IMG/VR virus record: IMGVR_UViG_3300022930_000020
Coordinates: 1 to 36,563 of that record
Strand: one strand, 5' to 3'
Source of the DNA: a virus
Lineage: Duplodnaviria > Caudoviricetes
DNA length: 36,563 nt
Positions 25,378 to 33,724 of this stretch are shown in pieces (the stretch's first letter is position 1; the number at the start of each line of letters is the position of its first letter). Below the pieces are notes generated by a model that saw nothing but the letters and a program-made list of their open reading frames with translations, did no database searches and had not been told where the DNA came from. A program made the position numbers and the translations under genes.

Positions 25378-25695
25378 TCATTCTAAATTAGTTAAAAAAT
25401 TGTAAAAGGTTTTATACTGAGTCTGTTTCAATTTGCTGGGCCTATCCGCACCCATAGCATAGAGTCTGTTAATAATGGCACGTCTGTGATCTATTTTGCG
25501 ATCTATTTTGCGGACTATCTGCGCCATGATGTCGGCGAAAGTTGGACCGCCTCCGAGGTTGTAACGTTTAGTTATGTGCCAAGTACCCACACAAAATGGT
25601 TCGTCGGCTATGTTGCAGTTATGCGGGTAGTACACTTCGTAAAACTCTGGGACATTAGGCAGCTTGTATAATGCCGCCCCTAGAATGGTGGCCAT
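25378..25695 (-). CDS. hypothetical protein
   Basis: 105-aa ATG ORF packed in the early operon. Confidence 0.65.
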   Translation of the reverse strand: MATILGAALYKLPNVPEFYEVYYPHNCNIADEPFCVGTWHITKRYNLGGGPTFADIMAQIVRKIDRKIDHRRAIINRLYAMGADRPSKLKQTQYKTFYNFLTNLE

Positions 25696-25697
25696 AA

Positions 25698-25976
25698 CTA
25701 TATATGTAAGGTTAAATTAGCGATTTCATTTTCCGGTATTTTCAAACCGTAGTAATTATTTAAGTGCCTGACTTCTAACTCTAAAACTTTACCGTTAAAG
25801 TGGGTGCGTGTTATCTGGGGGACTATAGGCACATAAACCCCGAAAACGTTTTCTTTTCTTTCGGTCGATACCTCTAAAGCGATGTGCTTAAATTCACATT
25901 CTAGACGGCCGATAAAGCATTCTAGTTTTTTGCCTTTTAATCCGGAATACGTCCTGTTAAATAGTTTCTGACTCAT
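25698..25976 (-). CDS. hypothetical protein
   Basis: 92-aa ATG ORF packed in the early operon. Confidence 0.65.
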   Translation of the reverse strand: MSQKLFNRTYSGLKGKKLECFIGRLECEFKHIALEVSTERKENVFGVYVPIVPQITRTHFNGKVLELEVRHLNNYYGLKIPENEIANLTLHI

Positions 25977-25980
25977 AACA

Positions 25981-26148
25981 TTATCTATTTTTAAAGTTAA
26001 ATTTATAATTGTGTCTTTTCCCTATGCGGGACCTGCACGGCTTTCGCTCTTCGCCTGATCGCTTTGTCAGGATATACGCCTCAATAACGGCAAGGCCTGC
26101 AGATCCGTTCCCGCCGTCAAAACGGCAGTTCTTAAGTTCGATTTTCAT
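25981..26148 (-). CDS. hypothetical protein
   Basis: 55 aa from the ATG at 26148 (ATGA overlap with the upstream stop). Confidence 0.55.
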   Translation of the reverse strand: MKIELKNCRFDGGNGSAGLAVIEAYILTKRSGEERKPCRSRIGKRHNYKFNFKNR

Positions 26149-26543
26149 ACGTCGCTCGGTTTTTGGCAGCATTCTAGGCACAAAGTGAAACCGACTCGGG
26201 TAGTCTCATCACGTGCGCCGCATTTGTGGCAGACTCCAAACTCCGGTTCCGGGTGCAGCTGCTCTTTTAAGCTGGCGACTGAATTTCTTAGGATCTCGTT
26301 CTCAGCGTTAAGTTCTCCGACTCTCTGCGAAAGTCTTTCGTTTTCCTTTGCTCCTTTGGCGCCCAGTTCTAAAACTACCAGCCTAAAGTTTGCCGCGTCT
26401 CTCATTACGTGATCGAGCACCGCATAAACACCGAGTCCCATTTTAAGAGAATCGGCCGCCGATCTAAAAGCGGGATCCTCTGCGTATCGACGCTCGCCGT
26501 TTTCGAACAGCGCGAGTATTTCGTCTAAGTTTAAATTTGCCAT
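26145..26543 (-). CDS. coiled-coil protein with C-terminal zinc ribbon
   Basis: ATG at 26543, just after the upstream stop. Coiled coil, then CHKC...CLEC. Confidence 0.7.
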   Translation of the reverse strand: MANLNLDEILALFENGERRYAEDPAFRSAADSLKMGLGVYAVLDHVMRDAANFRLVVLELGAKGAKENERLSQRVGELNAENEILRNSVASLKEQLHPEPEFGVCHKCGARDETTRVGFTLCLECCQKPSDV

Positions 26544-26545
26544 AA

Positions 26546-26878
26546 TTACGATTTTAATGTTTCTAAAAACTTTCTCATTTCCGGCCACTCGGCGGGTTCT
26601 ATATCGTAAATCGTTAAACGCCCGAGCTCGAATAACTTCTTAGATATTAACCGGCTATTCTCGGCCCCGTCTAACTTTGATAGGTAGAGGCTTATAAGCT
26701 CCTCTCGCTGTTCTCTCTTAAGAGCTTCTTTTTTAAACCTCCTGTCACATCGCCAGATATGAAGCTCCCAGCTAATCAATACGCACACCCTGTACAAAGT
26801 GATTAGTACCATAGATCCGACATAAGAGCAGAGGACAATTAAAATCCAGTTCAGTAGTTGTTCGTTTGTGAATGTCAT
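26546..26878 (-). CDS. hypothetical membrane protein
   Basis: 110 aa with an N-terminal TM helix. Confidence 0.7.
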   Translation of the reverse strand: MTFTNEQLLNWILIVLCSYVGSMVLITLYRVCVLISWELHIWRCDRRFKKEALKREQREELISLYLSKLDGAENSRLISKKLFELGRLTIYDIEPAEWPEMRKFLETLKS

Positions 26879-26882
26879 AATC

Positions 26883-27485
26883 TTAATTATTAAAGTGAAA
26901 CGTTACGCCTGCCATCGGTCCCGCGACGCTGTCATACGAACCTCGCAGCCCGATAGCGTCTGAAATCTTATACTCGACTGCTATGCCCAGCGCGAGAAAT
27001 AAATCCTTTGTAGGCTTTCCATTGATCGATTGATCTACGTATGCGCCTCCAATCTTTCCAATAATTGAAAGCTCGTCAAACTTTCCGCCGATAAGTCCAA
27101 AGACCGCAGGCGTAAACGATCCGTTAAACTGGTGCACGGTTCCGCGGTCGTTACGGTTCGCTCTCTTCTCGGTTACGTCCGTGGCCGTTGCAGATACTGC
27201 AGCCCCGAAAATCAATTCGTTTTCCGCTTCATACGCGAAAGATAGTTCCGCGGATTTATACCCGACCATTGCGGAGGCCTGCGTCTGTGCCATAGTAAGT
27301 GCAGGTATGAAAAGAATAAGGATCTTAAGTGTATTCAGAAACTTATAAAAGATCTCGTACTGCTTCGGGTTTATATCTATTATTTTTCTAATGCCCATAA
27401 TAGATAAAACCGCTCTGATTGTATCGTAATGACTGTCGGCCTTAGTCGCTGTTAAAGCTTTGATTTGATCTAAAGTAATTTTCAT
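26883..27485 (-). CDS. outer-membrane beta-barrel-like protein with N-terminal duplicated helical domain and internal signal peptide
   Basis: aa 3-54 match the C-terminal domain of 2042-2473. Then KILILFIPALTMA|Q, amphipathic beta strands (LGIAVEYKI, IGLRGSY) and a terminal AGVTFHF. Confidence 0.75.
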   Translation of the reverse strand: MKITLDQIKALTATKADSHYDTIRAVLSIMGIRKIIDINPKQYEIFYKFLNTLKILILFIPALTMAQTQASAMVGYKSAELSFAYEAENELIFGAAVSATATDVTEKRANRNDRGTVHQFNGSFTPAVFGLIGGKFDELSIIGKIGGAYVDQSINGKPTKDLFLALGIAVEYKISDAIGLRGSYDSVAGPMAGVTFHFNN

Positions 27486-27694
27486 AATTCGTGTGCTTTT
27501 CTGATTAATATTATTTGGTGCTGGTGTTCGGCGCAGTGAATGTCCGCCCAGAAGTCGAAACCCTCTGGTGTGTCGTCAAAGTGAAACGCCTCGTATAAAT
27601 CGTCCGTATACTTATCTGCGTCCGGATCTGTCTCGGCCGCTTGATTTTTTCGGGCCAGTGCTTTAATAGCTTCGGGTAGTTGAGAAATATTCAT
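27482..27694 (-). CDS. small conserved phage protein
   Basis: 70 aa with F.F..TPEG.DFW motif seen in Bacteroidota phage proteins. Confidence 0.7.
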   Translation of the reverse strand: MNISQLPEAIKALARKNQAAETDPDADKYTDDLYEAFHFDDTPEGFDFWADIHCAEHQHQIILIRKAHEL

Positions 27695-27743
27695 ATTGTT
27701 ATAAATTTAGGGAGGCGGTTAAACCTCCCGAGTTAATTAATTT

Positions 27744-27980
27744 TTAAAGATCCAGTAAATCGATTTCGATAAAGTTGTTGTCTTTGTCGTGCCATTTGGT
27801 ACCGACTCTGTAATGCTCTCCGTCTATTATCACTGCGTCGCCTTTGCTCGGCAGGTTGTAGGCAAAGTCTCTTTCGATCAGTAATGTTTCGCCGTCTCTT
27901 GGTCCGTCCTGCTTAGTGTATATCACGTTTACAGTTCTGATAAATCGGTACTCTTTTAGTATTCTTAATAATTTTTTCAT
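27744..27980 (-). CDS. hypothetical protein, first gene of early operon
   Basis: 78-aa ATG ORF about 30 nt downstream of a promoter. Confidence 0.7.
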   Translation of the reverse strand: MKKLLRILKEYRFIRTVNVIYTKQDGPRDGETLLIERDFAYNLPSKGDAVIIDGEHYRVGTKWHDKDNNFIEIDLLDL

Positions 27981-28012
27981 GTTAAAGGTTTTTACCAGTT
28001 GTTATCTGAGTA

Positions 28013-28061
28013 CAAATATACAACCTTTATTTTGATATAACCAAATATTTTGGATAAAAAA
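28013..28061 (-). promoter_or_regulatory. Bacteroidota sigmaA promoter with operator-like palindrome
   Basis: Minus strand TTTG-N21-TATATTTG. CCAAA-tat-TTTGG palindrome. Shares TTTTGGATAAAAAA with 2944-2957. Confidence 0.8.
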
Positions 28062-28067
28062 GTAAAA

Positions 28068-29459
28068 TTATTTTGAAGTTTTAAAAGAAAGCCCGTATTT
28101 CCTAAGCTTAGCCTTGACTGCATTCATAAGACCGTCCTGCGTTCTGCCCTTGCTCGAGAGTGTACGCGCTACGGTTTCGTACTCCGTACCCGTGGCGATC
28201 AGTCTATAGATACGCACCTGCTTTTTTTGGCCCGGACGCGGCAGCCTTTTGTTCCACTGCTCGTACAATTCGAGCGACCAGTTAAGGGAGTACCATATCG
28301 CGATCGATCCGCCGAACTGCAGATTAAGTCCGTGTCCTCCCGAGGCCGGATGCATAACCAAAACCTGAATCTTTCCGGCGTTCCAGTCGTCCTCGTGTTT
28401 GGTCGTTTGAAAGTGAACAGGATTGTAAGCCTTTAAACGTTTCATAATCCGGTCGCGTTCGTGCTGAAAACTATAGGCGACCATTACCGGCTGGCCGTTC
28501 GCCTCTTCGATCAGATCCTCGAGGGCGTCGAGCAATTCATTGTGTATTTCGTGCACCTGCTTTTCGTCGTCATAGATCGCACCGCCTGCGAACTGCAGCA
28601 GCTTTCCGGACATAACGCTCGCGGTCATCGCCGTAACCTCTGACTCGAGCAGCTCCATAACGCGCTCGCGTTCGAACTTCTCGTATTTTTTCATAGTGCG
28701 ATCCAGCAGGCGGACCGGTACGTCGATAAACCGGACCGGTTCGAGATCCAGATAATCTTCGGACTTCATAGAGATAACTATGTCCTTAATCAATTTATAG
28801 ATCCTGTTTGATGTTTTCTCGGTAGGTACGTATTTCCCGTAGTGAGATCCCGGTTTCGAAACGTGATTAAAGAATCGATCTTTGTAGTGCGTAACGAAAG
28901 CGCCCAGGCGTTTGCCCCTGTCGAGCATCCAGATTTGAAACCATAAATCTACCAGACCGTTAGGCGCGGGCGTACCGGTCAGAATAACAATGCGGCTAAA
29001 CAACGGCTGTATTTTTTTAAAGATCTCTGCCTTTATTGACTTGGGATTTTTAAACTTTGAACTCTCGTCGACGACGCACATATCCTCTGGAACTTTACCG
29101 CCTCCGAACTGCGCAACGTACCAGGCGAAATTATCGCACGATATAAGGCGTATGTCGTACGGCTCGCGCATCTTTGCCAGCCTCTGCTTTTCCGTGCCCT
29201 CAACTACGACCAGTTTAAGCTTTTTAAGCTGGGACCACTTGGCGACCTCTTTGGGCCACGTAGACGAGACGACGCGCTTTGGTCCTATAATAAGTACGCG
29301 CCTGATCTCGAGCTCCTCGTAAAGCAGGGTATTGAGCGCTGTTAAAACGCTGACGGTTTTACCCATACCCATATCTAAAAACAACCCGCAAAAGGGGTTG
29401 TCGATAATATGCTGGATAACTGGCGGCTGGTACGGGTATAGATCTTTAAGTCCTTTCAC
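28068..29459 (-). CDS. SNF2-family (SF2) helicase
   Basis: LYPYQ, LDMGMGKT, VVDESS, LTGTP, SGGHGLNLQ, RL.RPGQ. Confidence 0.93.
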   Translation of the reverse strand: MKGLKDLYPYQPPVIQHIIDNPFCGLFLDMGMGKTVSVLTALNTLLYEELEIRRVLIIGPKRVVSSTWPKEVAKWSQLKKLKLVVVEGTEKQRLAKMREPYDIRLISCDNFAWYVAQFGGGKVPEDMCVVDESSKFKNPKSIKAEIFKKIQPLFSRIVILTGTPAPNGLVDLWFQIWMLDRGKRLGAFVTHYKDRFFNHVSKPGSHYGKYVPTEKTSNRIYKLIKDIVISMKSEDYLDLEPVRFIDVPVRLLDRTMKKYEKFERERVMELLESEVTAMTASVMSGKLLQFAGGAIYDDEKQVHEIHNELLDALEDLIEEANGQPVMVAYSFQHERDRIMKRLKAYNPVHFQTTKHEDDWNAGKIQVLVMHPASGGHGLNLQFGGSIAIWYSLNWSLELYEQWNKRLPRPGQKKQVRIYRLIATGTEYETVARTLSSKGRTQDGLMNAVKAKLRKYGLSFKTSK

Positions 29460-30112
29460 GATATGGTTATGCTTATGAAGTTATTAATTTCCGCAGGTCC
29501 TGCCCATTGTTCGGCCATTGCTTTTGCGATGCCTGGAAAGGTTTTACTTTTGGTTTTAGAATCCCTGAACTTAAGCCCGGGGTTTTTTCTGGGGTTTCCG
29601 TTTTGATCTTTGGATCCGCCAGAAACCCAGCTGATCGTCTCGCCTGTGTAAATTTCCGTAGGCTTTATTTTCGGCAGACCTTTAAGCCAAAGGCAGGTTT
29701 TTTTTGTATAAGGGTGTCCGTGCTCCCAGGGCTGGATTATCTGATTGTATTTTGGCATTTGGTAAACGCCGCTAGGGACCGGATTTTCTATGGCTATCCT
29801 GGGGCAGTCAGCATTATAAAATTTCATAAAAAACTCTTTCGCTTTTAATCCATTTTGGTACCGCTCCTCATTGATCTGCCCTTTTACCGGAAACAATCTG
29901 CAGGCCCCGGCATTGCTTATAAAAGTGCAGGGAGGGAAAGCGATAATCATATCCCATTGTAAGAGCAGCAGATCCGTTACGTCTGTCTGCAGGTGCCATT
30001 CTGGGTGTCCGCCTGAGCTCTCCTGTGTATCGCAGCTATAGGCTTCGTGGCCCAGTTTACGCAGTTCGATAGTTACGGCCTGGCTCTCTTCGCAAGCTAC
30101 TAGTATCTTCAT
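29456..30112 (-). CDS. compact DNA (cytosine-5) methyltransferase-like protein
   Basis: ILVACEES, WDMIIAFPPCT (catalytic PC), IENP, QPWEHGH, SKTFPGIAKAMAEQW. Confidence 0.85.
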   Translation of the reverse strand: MKILVACEESQAVTIELRKLGHEAYSCDTQESSGGHPEWHLQTDVTDLLLLQWDMIIAFPPCTFISNAGACRLFPVKGQINEERYQNGLKAKEFFMKFYNADCPRIAIENPVPSGVYQMPKYNQIIQPWEHGHPYTKKTCLWLKGLPKIKPTEIYTGETISWVSGGSKDQNGNPRKNPGLKFRDSKTKSKTFPGIAKAMAEQWAGPAEINNFISITIS

Positions 30113-30393
30113 ATTAAATATTCGTTAAGGAGGTTATCGAGATCGGCCAGGGTGTCAATTACGTACACCTTAAACCCTAATTTGCGCAATTGTCTGTGTA
30201 TTAATTTTTGAACGGGGCTCGCAGTTTTTCCGGTGCTTTTCACTTCGACAAAAAAGATAATGCCCATCGGGATAAGGACAAGGCGGTCCGGTAGTCCTGA
30301 GACATACGTACAGACCATTTTAATCGCCCAGCCTTTTGCTTTTTTAACGCGGGCGACTAATGTCTTTTCGATTACTTTCTCGCTGTCCGGCAT
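30109..30393 (-). CDS. VRR-NUC domain nuclease (resolvase-like)
   Basis: E..IE...GLPDRL...FVEVK....SPVQ...LRKLGF. Confidence 0.9.
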   Translation of the reverse strand: MPDSEKVIEKTLVARVKKAKGWAIKMVCTYVSGLPDRLVLIPMGIIFFVEVKSTGKTASPVQKLIHRQLRKLGFKVYVIDTLADLDNLLNEYLI

Positions 30394-30920
30394 TATAAAT
30401 TGAAAGTTTTAAACTCCGTCGGACCGGTGTAGCCTTTTTTCAATTCTATGATAACGGTTTGCACTCTTGCATAGTTAAATGTTTTTCGGGGTAAATATGT
30501 AACGGATTTTAATCCGAAAGCTTTTAAAGCTCTTAATCTAACGTCACTATCCGATATAGCAAACCAACACATAAGAGCGATTACGCTGTCGGCGCGGCGC
30601 ATCGCTTCGAATAGAAAGTAGTAACCTGTTTTCATTCCCTTTAATTTAAGCTTAAGCTCTTCGGGTGCATTTTCTAGGTTAGCGGATTTATCACTAAAAG
30701 GCGGGTTTAAAATTACAGCTTCGAATATGATATCAGGATCAAGCAAAAAATAATCTTTCGGTGCAGTAACGTTATTATAATTGTGCCAGGATAAAGCTTT
30801 TAAAATATTACCCTCGCCCGGTGTGGGTTCTAAAATACTAACGGCGTTTACCGGTAGCATCTTAACCATGTAATCGGCTACGTCTGCAGGGGTTTGAAAT
30901 TGTTTACTGATATCAGTCAT
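30393..30920 (-). CDS. DNA amino (N6-adenine) methyltransferase
   Basis: QFQTP, ILEPTPGEGNIL (motif I), NPPF (motif IV). Confidence 0.85.
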   Translation of the reverse strand: MTDISKQFQTPADVADYMVKMLPVNAVSILEPTPGEGNILKALSWHNYNNVTAPKDYFLLDPDIIFEAVILNPPFSDKSANLENAPEELKLKLKGMKTGYYFLFEAMRRADSVIALMCWFAISDSDVRLRALKAFGLKSVTYLPRKTFNYARVQTVIIELKKGYTGPTEFKTFNL

Positions 30921-30923
30921 ATC

Positions 30924-33329
30924 TTAATTCTTTTTACGTTGGTAGTATTTTTGTTTGCCGTACGCGCCGAAATTGGCCGTCGTCGATTTATATTCGAAAT
31001 CAGGAAAGGATTTCATTATGTCGTTAATATCTCTAGTGAGCCAGCGCTGCATATCCTCTTTATTTTTGCCCAGGCACTCGCACCAGATCTCTGCCATACA
31101 TACGCGTCGTCGTTTAGTTCCGTCAAAATCGAGTTTCTCCGGATCGTTTAAGAAGTCCCTGCGCTCGTCGATGCCGAGATCCGGCCAGTTTTTAGGCAGG
31201 TCGCGCTCTAGGTAAAATTCAATAAGGCCTCGGCGCTCGTCGACTTCGCTGTGGCTTGTCTGTTCGAGTTTGGCGATCTTCTCTGCCTCTGCTGAAAAGT
31301 ATAACTTTTCGCCTGCATCGTAAAGATGTTTCGCCTCTGCCCAGATCTGATCTATATCGTCGTCGAGATCCGTCCAGACGTCCTTTAAGATCTCGGCGGG
31401 GTTTACGTCCACCGGAGCAAAACGTCTGTTACCTGTTGCGTCCGTAAATAAATCATTTTTATTCGAGGAGGCGATAAAGATATTCTGGCGCGGGAAAGTT
31501 TCTGTCGATCGGCCGTACGCCGGACGGTAACTGTCCTCTTGCTTTGAAATGTAATGCTTAATAGCTTCGGCGTCCGCTTTCCTAAATCCGGCCATTTCGG
31601 CGATCTCCATAAGCCAGGCGCCTTGCAGCTGTTCAAAAGCTTCTTTTCCGTGCACGGTGGTAAACGTATCGCTGTACCAGCTTTTACCGAGCTTGTTTAC
31701 AAATGAACTTTTCTTTGTGCCCTGCGGTCCTATCAGCGTGAGGACCAGATCGAACTTGCAGCCCGGTTTATAAATCCTCGCCACGGCCGCAGTAAGGGGT
31801 TTACGGATCGCCTCGCGGGTGTATATGTTATCAGGCGCGCCGAAATAATCTATAAGCAGATAATCGATACGTTTAACCCCGTCCCACTTAAGAGCGTCCA
31901 GATAGTCCTTAATTGGGTGAAAAGAGTTTCGCTCGAACTCGAGAGCGATCGCGTCGTCTATTTTCGCAATACCCGTAATGCCGTAGATCGTTTCGATATA
32001 ATTTCGAACGCCGGACATATCGACATTTTTAAGCGGTTCGGGTTTTAAGATCCTGCGCCACGGCAGCGTTTTAAAAGCGTATCGTTTATTATCAAAATTA
32101 TTCTGTTTAAAGCCGTCCTTAAGGCGTACGTCGTGAGTCATTATCAAACTGATATTCTGGGCGCTCGAAAGGTAGTTCCCTTTGTTGTCCGCCTCGAGCT
32201 CTGTCATCCATTCGACTGCATCCTGATCGCCCTCGATGTTTTCCGGTTCGTCGTCGTACTCCTCGTATGGTTCGGCGAAATCGTACTTTGCCTCGGCCAG
32301 GTTCTCAGAGGCGAGCGTTTTTTTAACTGCGCGATCCTTGCGGGCAAACTCCTCCATTGCGGCGAAGCTTTTCGGTTTGGATCCCGCAGGTGCCTCTGTG
32401 CTGTCAAGGTGCCCGAACTTATGCAGTCGCACAAGGTCGAAAGCGTTCGAGGTTTTCCCGCTGCAGGGATCTGTACCGTGGTGGGAAAATGCAAAAGTAT
32501 CTTCGTAAACGATAAGACCTGCAGACGTGGAACCGTGGGCGTATGTGTATAAATGCTCTTTATCCGTTGGGAGGTACTCTTCTTGTAGAAATTCGGCAAT
32601 AGCTTCGGTGAGTGAATACGTTCGGCAGAAAGCTCCGACGATCCCGCTCTTTTCTCTCGGGTCCGCCTGCTTCTTTGCGTTGTCTCCCAGTTCTCTGAGC
32701 ATCTGCCCGGAGGTCGGCCAAAGGCTTGTATCGGTCCAATCCGCATAACTGTCCAGGATTTCGTCAGCATCGATCCAGGGGCCGTCCTGCACTTTCATGT
32801 AGTAGTCGACGTCTTTCGGAGTTGACGGCCAAAACATAAGCCTGTTAGTCTCAAAAGTTGTATTGTCAAAAAGATCTATCCCGATACTGCCTGCGACCTG
32901 TCTGCCTATGGCGACATACTCGTCCGGCGTAACGGTACGGCTCAGGGGCATAAGCAGTCTGTAACGCGGAGATAAAGCAGAATGTTTGTGCGTACCGTGC
33001 AGGATCGCAGCATTGCCAAACTGCAGGGTAAAGTCGAGCCAGAAATCCAAATGCGCGAAATCTATGTCGAGCGTTAAGAGCTGGCGGTGCACTACGTTTT
33101 TAGGATTACGGCGCCCGTTTCTTAAGTATCCGCCGACATACCCGCCGACGTCCTTAATTTTACCCTGCTCCGCTTTTGTGAAAAGCATAAACTCTTTATA
33201 GGTTTCTCTGGTTTTTTGGTTGTCGGCGATCCGGTCCACGAACTGAGAGAAAGTAAAATTTTTATTTCTCCACGTTTTAGACTCGGCGGACGCGCCTACC
33301 GCTATATTAATTTTGCCGTCGTATTTCAT
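30924..33329 (-). CDS. primase (AEP-type) fused to VirE/VapE helicase
   Basis: KDVGGYVGG, LTLDID, THKH..PRYR, SHHGTDPC, FHPIKDYL, GPQGTKKSS, D.TGNRRF. Confidence 0.92.
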   Translation of the reverse strand: MKYDGKINIAVGASAESKTWRNKNFTFSQFVDRIADNQKTRETYKEFMLFTKAEQGKIKDVGGYVGGYLRNGRRNPKNVVHRQLLTLDIDFAHLDFWLDFTLQFGNAAILHGTHKHSALSPRYRLLMPLSRTVTPDEYVAIGRQVAGSIGIDLFDNTTFETNRLMFWPSTPKDVDYYMKVQDGPWIDADEILDSYADWTDTSLWPTSGQMLRELGDNAKKQADPREKSGIVGAFCRTYSLTEAIAEFLQEEYLPTDKEHLYTYAHGSTSAGLIVYEDTFAFSHHGTDPCSGKTSNAFDLVRLHKFGHLDSTEAPAGSKPKSFAAMEEFARKDRAVKKTLASENLAEAKYDFAEPYEEYDDEPENIEGDQDAVEWMTELEADNKGNYLSSAQNISLIMTHDVRLKDGFKQNNFDNKRYAFKTLPWRRILKPEPLKNVDMSGVRNYIETIYGITGIAKIDDAIALEFERNSFHPIKDYLDALKWDGVKRIDYLLIDYFGAPDNIYTREAIRKPLTAAVARIYKPGCKFDLVLTLIGPQGTKKSSFVNKLGKSWYSDTFTTVHGKEAFEQLQGAWLMEIAEMAGFRKADAEAIKHYISKQEDSYRPAYGRSTETFPRQNIFIASSNKNDLFTDATGNRRFAPVDVNPAEILKDVWTDLDDDIDQIWAEAKHLYDAGEKLYFSAEAEKIAKLEQTSHSEVDERRGLIEFYLERDLPKNWPDLGIDERRDFLNDPEKLDFDGTKRRRVCMAEIWCECLGKNKEDMQRWLTRDINDIMKSFPDFEYKSTTANFGAYGKQKYYQRKKN

Positions 33330-33721
33330 AATCGGGATATAGTTAATTCTAGGTTAAGGCCGGCGTCTTTTAGCGTATTTAGGTATTTCTCTGACTCTAT
33401 TTTATAGTCGGCTATTTTACCATAACGCAGTATAGGGCGGTTCAAATTGTTAGCTGTGCAAAATTTATCTATCTCAGGTATTCGACTTTTCCTCTTAAGT
33501 TCCATAAACGTCATAAGATGCTTCTCTGAATCGAAATATAGCACGCTGGCACTAAAGCCGTCGATTATGTCTAGTTTAAACCTTTCGGTTATTTTTGGCG
33601 CCCTTTTTAAAGGCACTAGACTTTTTTTTATATGTGCCACCCTGTTAGCGAAAGCGGGTAGATCCATAAGTCGTAAGTCACCCTCTAGGTCGTCAAATAG
33701 CTTTAGTATTTTAGGGGTCAT
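33326..33721 (-). CDS. hypothetical protein
   Basis: 131-aa ORF coupled between polA and primase. AT-richer than its neighbours. Confidence 0.7.
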   Translation of the reverse strand: MTPKILKLFDDLEGDLRLMDLPAFANRVAHIKKSLVPLKRAPKITERFKLDIIDGFSASVLYFDSEKHLMTFMELKRKSRIPEIDKFCTANNLNRPILRYGKIADYKIESEKYLNTLKDAGLNLELTISRL

Positions 33722-33724
33722 AAA

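Noticed and set aside
25378-25387. 10-nt complementarity between the 12725-12815 leader RNA and the P-loop gene start region
   Set aside because: Short AT-rich match without extension, which is expected by chance.
27710-27729. GGGAGG/CCTCCC hairpin as terminator
   Set aside because: Good stem but no U tract on the coding strand. It may be a stability or processing hairpin.
32204-32770. 188-aa alternative-frame ORF inside the primase gene
   Set aside because: Non-ATG start and Arg/Ser/Thr-rich off-frame composition. No supporting signal.
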